Assembly: GCA_031458695.1 (NCBI GenBank)
Contig: JAVKJW010000004.1
Coordinates: 32,001 to 96,000 of the forward strand
Reading direction: 5' to 3'
DNA length: 64,000 nt
DNA from: Candidatus Thermofontivivens primus
GTDB lineage: Bacteria; Sysuimicrobiota; Sysuimicrobiia; Sysuimicrobiales; Thermofontiviventaceae
Part shown: piece after piece, positions 19,282 through 28,976 of the stretch
Position numbering within the stretch: position 1 is the first letter of the stretch
Layout: every line of letters begins with the position of its first letter
Position numbers and translations under genes: made by a program
Notes under the pieces: model-generated
The model's database searches: none
What the model saw: only the letters and a program-made list of their open reading frames with translations
What the model was told of the DNA's origin: nothing

Positions 19282-20061
19282 TCAACTTTGCTTTCCGATC
19301 TCCTCCCGGATGAGGGAGAGCACGCGGCGCTTGATGGCCATGAAAGGCTCCGCGGTGGTTACCTCCAGAGTCCGCGGCCGGGGCAAGGACACAGGGATTT
19401 CCTCCTTGATGCGCCCAGGCCGCGCCGTCATCACGTACACGCGATCGCCCAGGAAGATGGCCTCGTCGATGTCGTGGGTGACGAAGAGAATGGTCTTGCG
19501 GGTTTTCTCCCACACCTGGAGCAACAGCTCCTGCATGAGCGAGCGGGTCTGCGCGTCGAGGGCGCCAAAAGGCTCGTCCATGAGCAACACCTCCGGGTCG
19601 TTGGCCAGGACCCTGGCGATGGCCACTCGCTGCATCATCCCCCCGGAGAGCTCCTTAGGATAGGCATGCTCAAATCCCACCAGGCCGACGAGCTCGATGT
19701 ACCTCCTGGCGATCTCCCGCCGTTCCTCCGCCCCAACGCCGCGGATGCGTAGCCCGAACTCCACATTTCCCTGGACGGTGAGCCAGGGGAAGAGGGTATA
19801 GGACTGGAAGACCATCCCGCGATCCGCACCCGGACCCTCGACGCGCCGCCCATCGAGAAGGATCTCCCCAGAGGTTGGCCGGATGAGCCCAGCGACAAGG
19901 CGAAGCAAGGTAGACTTCCCACACCCTGAGGGTCCCACGATGCTCACAATCTCCCGCTCCTGGACCTGCAGGGAGAGGCGGTCGATGGCTGTGATCGCCT
20001 GCCCCCTCCGGGCAGGGTAGATCATAGTGATGTCCCGGAGTACCAGCTTAGGAGCCGCCAT
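19282..20061 (-). CDS. NitT/TauT-type ABC transporter ATP-binding subunit
   Basis: GPSGCGKS, LSGGM, DEPFGALD, VTHD and RPGRI motifs. Confidence 0.92.
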   Translation of the reverse strand: MAAPKLVLRDITMIYPARRGQAITAIDRLSLQVQEREIVSIVGPSGCGKSTLLRLVAGLIRPTSGEILLDGRRVEGPGADRGMVFQSYTLFPWLTVQGNVEFGLRIRGVGAEERREIARRYIELVGLVGFEHAYPKELSGGMMQRVAIARVLANDPEVLLMDEPFGALDAQTRSLMQELLLQVWEKTRKTILFVTHDIDEAIFLGDRVYVMTARPGRIKEEIPVSLPRPRTLEVTTAEPFMAIKRRVLSLIREEIGKQS

Positions 20062-20064
20062 CCC

Positions 20065-20898
20065 TCACACCTTCGGGGACCAGGGCAGGAGGATGCGGTG
20101 GAGCCACTTGAAGAACTGGTCCGTAGCAAACCCAAGGAGACCAATGACCATGAGCCCCACGAAGATCCTATCTGTGAACAGGCCGCGCATCGAGTCCAGG
20201 ATGAGGTAACCGAGCCCGCGATCCGCTGCCACAAGCTCCGCCACAACGAGATAGGTCCAAGCCCACCCCATGGTGATGCGGAGGTTGTCCATGACGCCGG
20301 GAAGGGTTGCTGGGACGAGGACCCGGGTGATGACGTGGGCCCTGGACGCGCCGAGAGTGTAGGCAGCGTCCAGGAGGTCCTTGGAGACGTGTGCCGAGAC
20401 GTCGGCCACGAGCAGGATCAGCTGGAAGAAGGTGCCGATGAAGATGACGGCGATCTTCTCCGCCGTCCCGATGCCAATGTACAGGATGAGGAGGGGGATC
20501 AAGGCGCTCACCGGCAAGTAGCGGACAAAATCCACCACCGGCTCGATGAGCGCCTCCACTACTTTGAAGCTCCCCATAAGGATCCCCAAGGGCACCGCCA
20601 AGGCCGCGGCCATGGCCCAGCCGGAAAAGATGACAAAGGTGCTTGCCTTGGCGTGGACAATGAGGCTTCCATCACGGTACAGCTCAATGCCTGTCCGTAC
20701 AATATCCGTCGGGGAGGGGAGGAAGAGAGAGCTCACAAACCCGCCATAGGTCAGGACGCCCCAAACGACTAGGGCACCGAGCCCTCCCGCGAGCATGATC
20801 GTGCGGTAGAGCGATCCCGGAATCGCCTCCTGGGGCTTCAGGTACTCCCCCATGGCTCTGAGAAAGCGCCCTCGCGCTCCCGGCCGTCTTCCCTGCAT
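20065..20898 (-). CDS. NitT/TauT-type ABC permease
   Basis: FLPSP, DAAYTLGA (EAA loop), WTYLVVAEL and GLGY motifs. Confidence 0.9.
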   Translation of the reverse strand: MQGRRPGARGRFLRAMGEYLKPQEAIPGSLYRTIMLAGGLGALVVWGVLTYGGFVSSLFLPSPTDIVRTGIELYRDGSLIVHAKASTFVIFSGWAMAAALAVPLGILMGSFKVVEALIEPVVDFVRYLPVSALIPLLILYIGIGTAEKIAVIFIGTFFQLILLVADVSAHVSKDLLDAAYTLGASRAHVITRVLVPATLPGVMDNLRITMGWAWTYLVVAELVAADRGLGYLILDSMRGLFTDRIFVGLMVIGLLGFATDQFFKWLHRILLPWSPKV

Positions 20899-20921
20899 CG
20901 CCCTCTAGGTACCCCCAGGCG

Positions 20922-21896
20922 CTACTTCGTCAAGAACGAGCTATCGAGAACGTCCCTGGCGGTAAACTTGTACCGGATCTTCCCCAGCTCCGTCCAGATG
21001 TCGATGGCCCGCTGGACTGTCTGGTACGCAGGTCCTGGATTGGCCGGCGTGCCGAAGAACTTGACGTTGCTCTCGTAATCGTAGTAGCGGATGCCCGTGA
21101 GAGTTTCGGCAAACACCTTCGGGTCGCTCAGCCACCCCCCGACGGCCTTGGCCATGACGGCGTTGGATTCCGCGGGGTTCTTCTTCCAGTACTCCACCGC
21201 CCTGTGCCACCCACGGGTGATCGCCATGATCGCCTCAGGGTGCGCGCGGGTGACGTCCTTGCGGAAGACAAGGGCATCCACAATGAGTCCTGGGGTCTTC
21301 GAGCTGTCGATGAGAAGATGCCCGTGGGGTGCCTGCTTGCCCTTGGTGAGCCAGGGCTCCCAGGTCACGGCCGCATCCACCTTCCCGGCAACAAAGGCAG
21401 CCCCGGCATCCCCCGCGGTCATGTTGACGACCACGATGTCCTTTTCCGTCAGACCGTTCTCCCGCAAGAGCACGCTCAGGAAGAAGTGTGAGACGGAGCC
21501 CTCAGTGAAGGCCACACGCTTCCCCTTGAGATCCTTGATGGATCGGATCTCCTTGCGAGCGACGATGCCATCCCCTCCCTTGGAGTCGTCGAGGGCGAGG
21601 ACGGCCACGAGCGGGAGCTCAGGCTTCACGTACAGGGTCATGGCATCCAGGGTGGTCGCCGAGCCATCAATACGCCGGGCCGCCAGCGCAGCGAAACGCG
21701 GCTTGATGTCCTCCATCTTGATGAGCTCGACCTTCACATCCTGATAGAAACCCTTGGCCTGGGCGAGGAACAGCGGGCCATAGCCCACCCATGTGGGGTA
21801 GCCGATTCGAATGGTTACGGGGGCGGAAAAGGTCCCTGAAGGCAGGAACATGACTGCAATCACTGCGAGCGTCAAGAGGAATCCAAAACGTCGCAT
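20922..21896 (-). CDS. NitT/TauT-type ABC substrate-binding protein
   Basis: Signal peptide, WVGYGPLFLA, DDSKGGDG and DAAVTWEPW motifs. Confidence 0.9.
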   Translation of the reverse strand: MRRFGFLLTLAVIAVMFLPSGTFSAPVTIRIGYPTWVGYGPLFLAQAKGFYQDVKVELIKMEDIKPRFAALAARRIDGSATTLDAMTLYVKPELPLVAVLALDDSKGGDGIVARKEIRSIKDLKGKRVAFTEGSVSHFFLSVLLRENGLTEKDIVVVNMTAGDAGAAFVAGKVDAAVTWEPWLTKGKQAPHGHLLIDSSKTPGLIVDALVFRKDVTRAHPEAIMAITRGWHRAVEYWKKNPAESNAVMAKAVGGWLSDPKVFAETLTGIRYYDYESNVKFFGTPANPGPAYQTVQRAIDIWTELGKIRYKFTARDVLDSSFLTK

Positions 21897-21986
21897 GGCC
21901 CACCTCCATATGCGTTCTCACATGGTAGTTCTCGTTTTCTCGGCTGAGTCCTCCGCTGCGGGAGGAACCCCATATTGCAGGAGAGG

Positions 21987-22016
21987 CCCCGGCAAACGCC
22001 TTTGGCTTTTACCGGG
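21987..22016 (+). repeat. Degenerate REP-like palindrome, family A
   Basis: CCCCGGCAAACGCCTTTGGCTTTTACCGGG. Confidence 0.55.
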
Positions 22017-22092
22017 TAGTGAAGACAGGAAGTGCGATTCTTCCCGCGAATTGACCACTCGCGAACTCCCACGAATGTGAGGTGGTATCGCT

Positions 22093-23403
22093 GTGGAAAG
22101 CTTTGCCTCGCTCTTCAGCCGAATGAAGGATCTGATCGCTCCGCCGCTAGCGGAAGATTGGCCCAACCTCCCCGTGAGGAAAGCGGAGGGCCCTTATTTC
22201 TATGGTGTGGACGGGCGACGATATCTGGATTTTGTCTCCGGCATGGCCACCGTGAACCTGGGCCATAATCACCCGAAGGTGGTGGCTGCCGCGAAAGCCC
22301 AACTGGATCAACTGATCCACGGCCCTGTAGGTGTGGTCGCCTATGAACCTCTCCTCCGCCTGGCTGAGGAGTTGACAAAGATCCTGCCTTCCGGTCTGGA
22401 TATGTTCTTCTTTGCGAATAGCGGGGCGGAAGCCGTTGAAGGGGCCGTGAAGCTCGCTCGTTATGTCACCGGGCGGCCTGGGATTATCGCCTTCCGTGGA
22501 GGGTTTCACGGGCGTACCATGGGGGTCGTCTCCCTCACCACCTCTAAAGGGAAGTACCGCTTGCACTATGAACCTCTCCTCCCTTCGGTCTATTTTGCTC
22601 CCTTCCCCAATCCTTACCGTTGCCCTTTGGGAGGTGGAGAAGAAGCCGCATCCGAGTATGCACTTCAAGAGTTGGAGGCGATCTTCACCTATGAGATCGC
22701 TCCGGAAGAGGTCGCTGCCATGGTTGTAGAACCTGTCCTTGGGGAAGGAGGGTACATCATCCCTCCACGCCGCTGGCTCAAAGCTTTGCGTGAGATCTGT
22801 GATGCGCATGACATCCTCCTCATCTTCGACGAAGTCCAGACGGGGTTTGGCCGCACAGGGGAATGGTTCGCCGCGCAGACCTTTGGGGTTACTCCGGACA
22901 TCATGGCCATCGCCAAGGGCATTGCCAATGGTTTCCCCCTCAGTGTGGTGGCCGCTCCTAAGGACCTCATGCGGAGGTGGGGACCTTTCTCTCATGGAAC
23001 GACCTTCGGCGGTAACCCCGTAAGCTGTGCGGCTGCTCTGGCCACCATCGAGGCCATGAGAGAGGAAGAGGTGCTGGAAAATGCACGCTTGCAGGGAGCG
23101 TATGTCCTGGAGCGGCTGGGAAGATTGGTGAAGGAGGTTCCAGTAGTTGGAGATGTGAGGGGTGTAGGACTAATGATTGGGATAGAGCTTGTGCAGCCGA
23201 ATGAAACCAAAGCTCCAAACCCTGAGGCTGCAAAGCGAATCCTGAAAAGGGCGTTGGAAGGAGGGTTGGTGCTCTACCCCTGTGGGGTGGCAAACCACGT
23301 TATCCGGGTGATCCCTCCCCTCAACATCTCCCGGGAGATCCTCGATGGGGGGCTCAGTATCCTTGAGCGTGCAGTATACGAGGAGGTTTCAAACCAGGCA
23401 TAA
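22093..23403 (+). CDS. gabT: Class III PLP aminotransferase (4-aminobutyrate/5-aminovalerate type)
   Basis: NSGAEAVE, FHGRT, EPVLGEGG, DEVQTGFGRTG, AKGIANG and HGTTFGGNP motifs. Confidence 0.8.
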   Translation: MESFASLFSRMKDLIAPPLAEDWPNLPVRKAEGPYFYGVDGRRYLDFVSGMATVNLGHNHPKVVAAAKAQLDQLIHGPVGVVAYEPLLRLAEELTKILPSGLDMFFFANSGAEAVEGAVKLARYVTGRPGIIAFRGGFHGRTMGVVSLTTSKGKYRLHYEPLLPSVYFAPFPNPYRCPLGGGEEAASEYALQELEAIFTYEIAPEEVAAMVVEPVLGEGGYIIPPRRWLKALREICDAHDILLIFDEVQTGFGRTGEWFAAQTFGVTPDIMAIAKGIANGFPLSVVAAPKDLMRRWGPFSHGTTFGGNPVSCAAALATIEAMREEEVLENARLQGAYVLERLGRLVKEVPVVGDVRGVGLMIGIELVQPNETKAPNPEAAKRILKRALEGGLVLYPCGVANHVIRVIPPLNISREILDGGLSILERAVYEEVSNQA

Positions 23404-23434
23404 CGCAGGCTTACGTTCGCATCGCATAGGAGGT

Positions 23435-23496
23435 TTGACACGCGCGCTGAGGGAGTGGTAGAGTGAGATGGGTCCCCTCCCATTGGGGAGGGGGTA
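23435..23496 (+). promoter_or_regulatory. csoR promoter and CsoR-type G/C-tract operator
   Basis: TTGACA-18-TAGAGT with upstream TG; downstream CCCCTCCC-ATTG-GGGAGGGG(GTA) at 23474-23496. Confidence 0.65.
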
Positions 23497-23515
23497 AACC
23501 TTGAGGAGGATTGCA

Positions 23516-23809
23516 ATGGCGCGGACAGTGGTGAGGCGTGAGCGGAAGGAAGAGCTCCTCAACCGGCTCAGGAGCATTGAAGGGCACATCCGTGGCGTCC
23601 AACGCATGGTCGAAGAGGACGCCTACTGCATCGATATCATCCGACAGACCCAGGCAGTCAAGAGTGCCATTGACCGCTTCAACACGTTGATCCTGGAGCA
23701 CCACCTGAACCACTGTATCACCAATGCCATCCGCTCGGACGATCCTGCGGAGCGGGAAAGAGTGATCGGGGAGCTCCTGGAAGTCTTCGAGGAAGCGAGC
23801 AAGATGTAG
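23516..23809 (+). CDS. csoR: CsoR/RcnR-family metal-sensing repressor
   Basis: RLRSIEGHIRGVQRM, YC and HLNHC motifs (Cys-His-Cys copper ligand set). Confidence 0.88.
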   Translation: MARTVVRRERKEELLNRLRSIEGHIRGVQRMVEEDAYCIDIIRQTQAVKSAIDRFNTLILEHHLNHCITNAIRSDDPAERERVIGELLEVFEEASKM

Positions 23810-23827
23810 GGATAGGTTGGGGACCCC

Positions 23828-25066
23828 CTACAGGACAACCCCTAGCTCCTGAAGTGTGGATTTCAACTCGTTGGCTGCATACCGAATCGGGTTCTCCCGG
23901 TATGTCTGTCCTCCTTTCAGGATCGCTTCTCTATTGAGCAAGATCCGCGTCCTGGAGATCCTCAAAATCCCCTTCCGGCGGCCGAATGCTAGGAACCTGC
24001 GCCAGCGCCAATGGAACCACTCCTCGTCGAAGAGCCGGCGGTCCACCCGAATCCCTTCCACGTCCAGGAGATGGGCCCGGTGCCGGATTGTCTCCTCCAG
24101 GACGATGGCCTCGATCTCCTCGACCTCCGTCTCGAGAAGTTTCATGATCACCCACCCAGCGATCTGGCTGAAGGTGACGGTGATCAACCCCGCAAGAAGA
24201 CGTCGGACCTCCTGCGTCCGCTGGGGGCGCGGGAGTCCTGCCAGATCAGTGCGCGAGGGGCCGATGGCGACGAATACGCCCATCCTCCCTGTGGTGAGGA
24301 AGTCATAACTCAAGCCGACGGGGAGAGCCCGCACACCTTGGGCATGTTCCAGGAGGTAGTGCAGCCCCCCGCGCAACCGCCCCATCCGCCCGTCGGTTGA
24401 GAGGACGCCCTCCGGGGCAAGGTAGACCACGCCTCCCTCCTCCAGCACCTTGCAGAAGTACGCCAGCTGTTCCTCGACCACAAGTGGCTGCCGCCTCCGG
24501 AGGATGTCATGAAGGGGTTGTCCCAGGATGTCCAGGGAGGCAGGCTGGTGCAACCAGGGGAGATCGACACGCGCGACAACCTTGCTGAGAGGGAGCTGGG
24601 GGTCTATCCCGCTTACGAAGGAGACCTTTTCGTTGAGGCAGCTCTCCAGTGGAAGATCCCCCCTGACCTCCAGGACCTCAAAGAGGATCTCGCGAACAGT
24701 CCGTTCCGGGAACCTCCTGATGGGTGCAGCGCGGAGGCGACGGAGGACCGGCTTCAGGTCAAGCCGGGCCAGGAGGCGGCGGACACTGCGCGGGGCCTCC
24801 AGGTATGCCCCCAAAAACCCGGGCAGGAAGAGATCCTCCCTTGCGGCGAAGGTTATCGGGCGGCCTGGCCTGAGAAGGCCCCGGCTGAAGTAGAGGATAG
24901 GTGCGACCACAAGCACGTCGAGGTCGCGCTTGTGATTCACGAGGATGAGGGTAGAGGGGGTATGCTGGTACTGCCACAAACCCTCCACCATGACCTCAAG
25001 GAAAACCCGTGCGCCCAGGAAGAAGGTCGCTCCCAGGAAGTTGTAGAGAAAGCCAGGGTCAGTCAT
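23828..25066 (-). CDS. PlsC/GPAT-like acyltransferase
   Basis: NHKRDLD (HX4D) and APEG motifs. Confidence 0.75.
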   Translation of the reverse strand: MTDPGFLYNFLGATFFLGARVFLEVMVEGLWQYQHTPSTLILVNHKRDLDVLVVAPILYFSRGLLRPGRPITFAAREDLFLPGFLGAYLEAPRSVRRLLARLDLKPVLRRLRAAPIRRFPERTVREILFEVLEVRGDLPLESCLNEKVSFVSGIDPQLPLSKVVARVDLPWLHQPASLDILGQPLHDILRRRQPLVVEEQLAYFCKVLEEGGVVYLAPEGVLSTDGRMGRLRGGLHYLLEHAQGVRALPVGLSYDFLTTGRMGVFVAIGPSRTDLAGLPRPQRTQEVRRLLAGLITVTFSQIAGWVIMKLLETEVEEIEAIVLEETIRHRAHLLDVEGIRVDRRLFDEEWFHWRWRRFLAFGRRKGILRISRTRILLNREAILKGGQTYRENPIRYAANELKSTLQELGVVL

Positions 25067-25101
25067 CGCCGGTCGCTTCAGTACCGGTCATGCTGAGAGG
25101 T

Positions 25102-25137
25102 CCCTCGGTAAAGGCCAAAACACGTTTGCCGGGTTGC
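25102..25137 (-). repeat. Degenerate REP-like palindrome, family A
   Basis: Minus strand GCAACCCGGCAAACGTGTTTTGGCCTTTACCGAGGG. Confidence 0.45.
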
Positions 25138-25148
25138 TGAGCTCACCA

Positions 25149-26249
25149 ATGCGCCGTGTCCTCTACGCCGTCGGATCATGGGGTCTGGGACACGCCACGC
25201 GGAGCCTCCCGCTCCTCCGAGGGTTGGTGGAGGCGGGGTGTTCTGTGACAATCGTGTCCACGGGGCGTGCCCTCACCCTCCTCCGGCAGGAGCTTGGGAA
25301 TCGCTGTACCTACCTCGACTGGCCAGATGTCCCGCAACCCCTGGGCCGTTCGGCAACGGCCTTCTATGTGAAATCCGCCCTGAGCCTGCCGAAGTTCTTT
25401 GCGACGTTCCGGGAGGAGCACCGGCGCCTCCTTCACCTCCTTCGCAGGGAACCCTTCGATCTCCTCATCTCGGACAACCGTTACGGCATCCAGCATAGGG
25501 AGATTCCTAGCTTCCACGTCCTTCATGGGCTCCGGTTCATCGCTCCAGGACGCGTCAGGGCCATTGAGCTCCTCCTAGAATACTTCAACTTCCGATGGTT
25601 CACCCCTGTGCGCGGGTTTCTCATCCCCGACGAAGAGGAGGACGGGTTAAGCGGGGATCTCAGCCACCACTTGCGCTTCTTCCCAAGGGAACGGCTCCAC
25701 TACATCGGGATCCTCGCTAGCCTCCGTCGCCTTCCGGTAGAGGAAGAGATCGATGCCTTCGTCTCTATCTCCGGGCCTGAGCCCCAGCGAACAATCTTGG
25801 AGCGGATCGTCCTGGAGCAGGTGCAGAGAGCCCCCGGGCGCATCGTCGTCGCCCTCGGGCGACCCGAAGTTTCCACGATGACTAAGCTGGGCAACGCGGA
25901 GGTCTACACATATCTCCCGAGGAGAGCCCAGGAGGCGTTTATGAACCGGAGCAAGGTCATCGTGGCGAGATCAGGGTACACGACGATCATGGAGCTCGCC
26001 GCCCTGCGCAAGCGGGCACTCCTGATCCCCACCCCCGGACAGACAGAACAGGTGTACCTCGCCTCTTACCACAAGCAACGGGGGACCGCGCATGCCGTCT
26101 GGCAACACCGCCTCGATCTTGCCAGGGATCTGCCAAAGGCCCTCAGCACCTCTGGCCTGCAAGCGAGGAGCACTACAGAAGAGGCGGTTCAGCGCTTCCT
26201 CTCCATTGTCCTCGGAGAATCCGCTGGCCGTCATCCTAGGATCGCGTGA
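25149..26249 (+). CDS. GT-B glycosyltransferase (GT28 C-terminal / MJ1255-like)
   Basis: WGLGHATRS, ISDNR, RSGYTTIME and PTPGQTEQ motifs. Confidence 0.85.
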   Translation: MRRVLYAVGSWGLGHATRSLPLLRGLVEAGCSVTIVSTGRALTLLRQELGNRCTYLDWPDVPQPLGRSATAFYVKSALSLPKFFATFREEHRRLLHLLRREPFDLLISDNRYGIQHREIPSFHVLHGLRFIAPGRVRAIELLLEYFNFRWFTPVRGFLIPDEEEDGLSGDLSHHLRFFPRERLHYIGILASLRRLPVEEEIDAFVSISGPEPQRTILERIVLEQVQRAPGRIVVALGRPEVSTMTKLGNAEVYTYLPRRAQEAFMNRSKVIVARSGYTTIMELAALRKRALLIPTPGQTEQVYLASYHKQRGTAHAVWQHRLDLARDLPKALSTSGLQARSTTEEAVQRFLSIVLGESAGRHPRIA

Positions 26250-26433
26250 CGGATATGCTCATCTCCAGGTGAGGGAGAGAGCTTCCGCGGGTAAGGAGGA
26301 AGGGCCAAGGAGGCGGCGGGGGGCTCCCCCACAGTGGACATCGGCGAGGCCAACCTCTGACCATGAAATGGTCGAGTCCGAGGAACCAGAAGCGGTCTCC
26401 AACAAATTCGCAAGGCGAATCTTCGTGGGGAAG

Positions 26434-27060
26434 CTAGCGGGCCAGGAAACGCTTGAGCGTTGTCGCCAAGATATACAAAGCTCCGGCCCCCGTGGCCACG
26501 AACAGGAGGATCCCCAGGGAGAGCCCCGCTCCAGCCATGAGGACGAGGCCGTCACGGTTCAGGAGTCCGATGCCTAAGAGGAGGATGGCGAGGCCCGGGA
26601 GGGTATTCATGAACGGAAAGGGGCTGAACAGGACAATCCCTAGGAGCAGCAAGAGGAAGGCAACCACTCGGATGACCAGCGATTCGGGAAGAGGGAGCAG
26701 GCGAGGTCGCGAGAGGCTCTCGAGCTTCCGCAGCACATGAATCCCGCCCTGCCGCAGCCTTCGCATGGCGCTAGGGGAGAGTCGATATCTCCGGATCCAC
26801 GCGGGAAGCCACGGGCGCCGCAACCCGGCCAGCATCTGCACGGCAAGGCCAATGTTCAGCAAGCCTATGAGCGCGGCCGACCCCGGAGGAAGGATAGGGA
26901 TCATCGTGGGAAGGGCAAGGAGGATCATGAATAGACCGAACCCTCGCTCCTCTGCTTGATCCACGAGAGTCCCGATCGCCACATCCTCCTCGCCCGCGAC
27001 TGCGAGGACCTCTTCCAGGATTTCCGAGAGAGGTTGTCCTACCGTCCTCCGCTCACCCAT
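26434..27060 (-). CDS. exoD: ExoD family membrane protein
   Basis: RGFGLFMILLALP, PWLP, RPRL, NTLPG and RDG motifs. Confidence 0.85.
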   Translation of the reverse strand: MGERRTVGQPLSEILEEVLAVAGEEDVAIGTLVDQAEERGFGLFMILLALPTMIPILPPGSAALIGLLNIGLAVQMLAGLRRPWLPAWIRRYRLSPSAMRRLRQGGIHVLRKLESLSRPRLLPLPESLVIRVVAFLLLLLGIVLFSPFPFMNTLPGLAILLLGIGLLNRDGLVLMAGAGLSLGILLFVATGAGALYILATTLKRFLAR

Positions 27061-27195
27061 TCTCCCATTCGATCAATTTTTTTGCCAAGCCTCTGGGGAA
27101 TCTCCCTTATCTCCTTCCCTATCTTACCAAAAGCATCCCAGGAAAACCTATTGACAGGCAGTCTCACAGCGTGTACGACTGAAGATGTGAACCCT

Positions 27196-28152
27196 ATGAC
27201 ACCAAAGCTCAGGCGCTATGAGGGAAACCCCATCTTGACTCCCACTTCTCGTTGGTGGGAGGCGCGCTGGGTCTTCAACTGTGGGGCAGCCATATACCAA
27301 GGAAAGGTCTACCTGCTCTACCGAGCACAGGGACTCGACTTCATCTCGCGCTGGGGTCTGGCGACCTCCGACGATGGGCTCCGGATCGTCTCCCGGAGCC
27401 AGCACCCAGTCTTCGAGCCCGCTGCCCACCTGGACCAGGAGCGCCTGGGTTGTGAGGACCCGCGCATCACCCCCCTTGGAGGTAGGTTCTACATCACCTA
27501 CACCGCGGCCTCTGTCTACCCAGCCATCGGGCCGGGAAGGAGACGCCCATCAGGAGCGTTCTCCCGGGAGGGCGTTCCCTGGAGGGTCCGGATCGGGCTC
27601 GCCTCCACGAGGAACTTCCGGACCTTCCGCCGTCATGGCTTCATCTTTCCCAAGGTAGACGACAAGGACGCCGCCCTCTTCCCCGAGAAGATCGATGGAC
27701 GCTACTACCTCCTCCACCGGATCTACCCGGACATCCACCTTGCCTATTCCGAGGACCTCCGCCACTGGCGCAACCTCGGTGTCCTCATGAAGCCTCGTCC
27801 GGGGATGTGGGACAGCGAGCGGATCGGGGCCGGCGCCCCCCCAGTGAAGACGTCCTACGGGTGGTTGCTCTTCTACCATGGCGCAGACCACCGGAGGGTC
27901 TATCGCATTGGAGTGGCCCTCCTAGATCTACGCGCACCCCAGAAAGTCCTCGCCCGCGCAGAGGAACCTGTCCTCGAGCCTGAGGAAGCGTACGAGCGGG
28001 AAGGACAGGTGCCCAATGTCGTGTTCACTTGCGGGGCGGTCGAACGGGATGGAAGGTATATCGTCTACTACGGGGCCGCAGACACGGTCATTGCCGCGGC
28101 GACGATTGCGCAGGAGGAAATCCTGGAGTGGGCTGCTTCTGTAACCCGCTAG
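27196..28152 (+). CDS. GH130-family glycoside phosphorylase/hydrolase
   Basis: NPIL, VFNCGA, GCEDPRI, DKDAALFPEKI, LFYHG, VPNVVFTCG and YYGAAD motifs. Confidence 0.88.
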   Translation: MTPKLRRYEGNPILTPTSRWWEARWVFNCGAAIYQGKVYLLYRAQGLDFISRWGLATSDDGLRIVSRSQHPVFEPAAHLDQERLGCEDPRITPLGGRFYITYTAASVYPAIGPGRRRPSGAFSREGVPWRVRIGLASTRNFRTFRRHGFIFPKVDDKDAALFPEKIDGRYYLLHRIYPDIHLAYSEDLRHWRNLGVLMKPRPGMWDSERIGAGAPPVKTSYGWLLFYHGADHRRVYRIGVALLDLRAPQKVLARAEEPVLEPEEAYEREGQVPNVVFTCGAVERDGRYIVYYGAADTVIAAATIAQEEILEWAASVTR

Positions 28153-28247
28153 GTGGCCCACCGAGAGCATTCCCTTTTGACACGCGGAATCGCTGGGGGT
28201 GCGGAGATCTCTAACCCGGTGAAATTCTGTAGTCCACTCTCCGGGAG

Positions 28248-28916
28248 ATGAACCCTGTGGTCCAGATCACGCTTGAACCCGCCCTCCAAGGAGTTGTGCG
28301 CCTCGGTGTCATTGAAGGAGAAGGCCTCCACATCCGCGACCACGACGAGCGCATGTGGAAGGAGGTTGAGCGCCTTGCCCAGCGGCTGAAGACCCTCTAC
28401 GCTGGCCGCGAGCCCTCGCAGGTGGAAGCCCTGGCACCTGCCAGGGAGCTCTATAAGCGAGTGGGGATGGACCCCACCCGCTACCGCCCCTCCTCCGAGG
28501 CCCTCCTCAGGCGGATCCTCAAGGACCAGGGGCTCCCACGGATCAACACCCTCGTGGATGTATGCACCTGGTGCTCCCTGGATTTCCTCCTCCCCATCGG
28601 GCTCCACGACCTCGACAGGATCCAGGGGGACCTCCTCCTTCGCCGCGGGGTGGCGGGGGAGGGATACGAAGCCATCGGCAGAGGATGGTTTTCCCTGGAG
28701 GGGAAACTCACCTTAGCCGATCGCCTGGGCCCATGCGGGAGCCCGACCAGCGACTCCCAACGGACGATGATCACCCTCCACACACGGCGATGCCTCATGG
28801 TCATCTACGCCCCAGCCACCTATCCCATGGATCGCCTCTCTGATCACATCCGGGTTGCAGCGGAGCGCATCACTGCCTACAATGGAGGGCAGATTACAGG
28901 GACCGCTCTCCTTTGA
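28248..28916 (+). CDS. Stand-alone B3/B4 domain protein (PheRS-beta editing-like)
   Basis: DPTRYRPSSEALLRR, INTLVD, PIGLHDLD and GSPTSDS motifs. Confidence 0.85.
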   Translation: MNPVVQITLEPALQGVVRLGVIEGEGLHIRDHDERMWKEVERLAQRLKTLYAGREPSQVEALAPARELYKRVGMDPTRYRPSSEALLRRILKDQGLPRINTLVDVCTWCSLDFLLPIGLHDLDRIQGDLLLRRGVAGEGYEAIGRGWFSLEGKLTLADRLGPCGSPTSDSQRTMITLHTRRCLMVIYAPATYPMDRLSDHIRVAAERITAYNGGQITGTALL

Positions 28917-28976
28917 GTCCCTCGTGAACGTTTTTTCAGATCTCACGTGTTAGGCCTCAGAGGTCGAGGAGAAGCG

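Noticed and set aside
21900..22030. Guanidine-I (ykkC) riboswitch ahead of the NitT/TauT operon
   Set aside because: Only a GGGTTCC..CCGAGA resemblance on the minus strand; the conserved 3' hairpin and tail are not recognisable, and part of the region is a REP copy.
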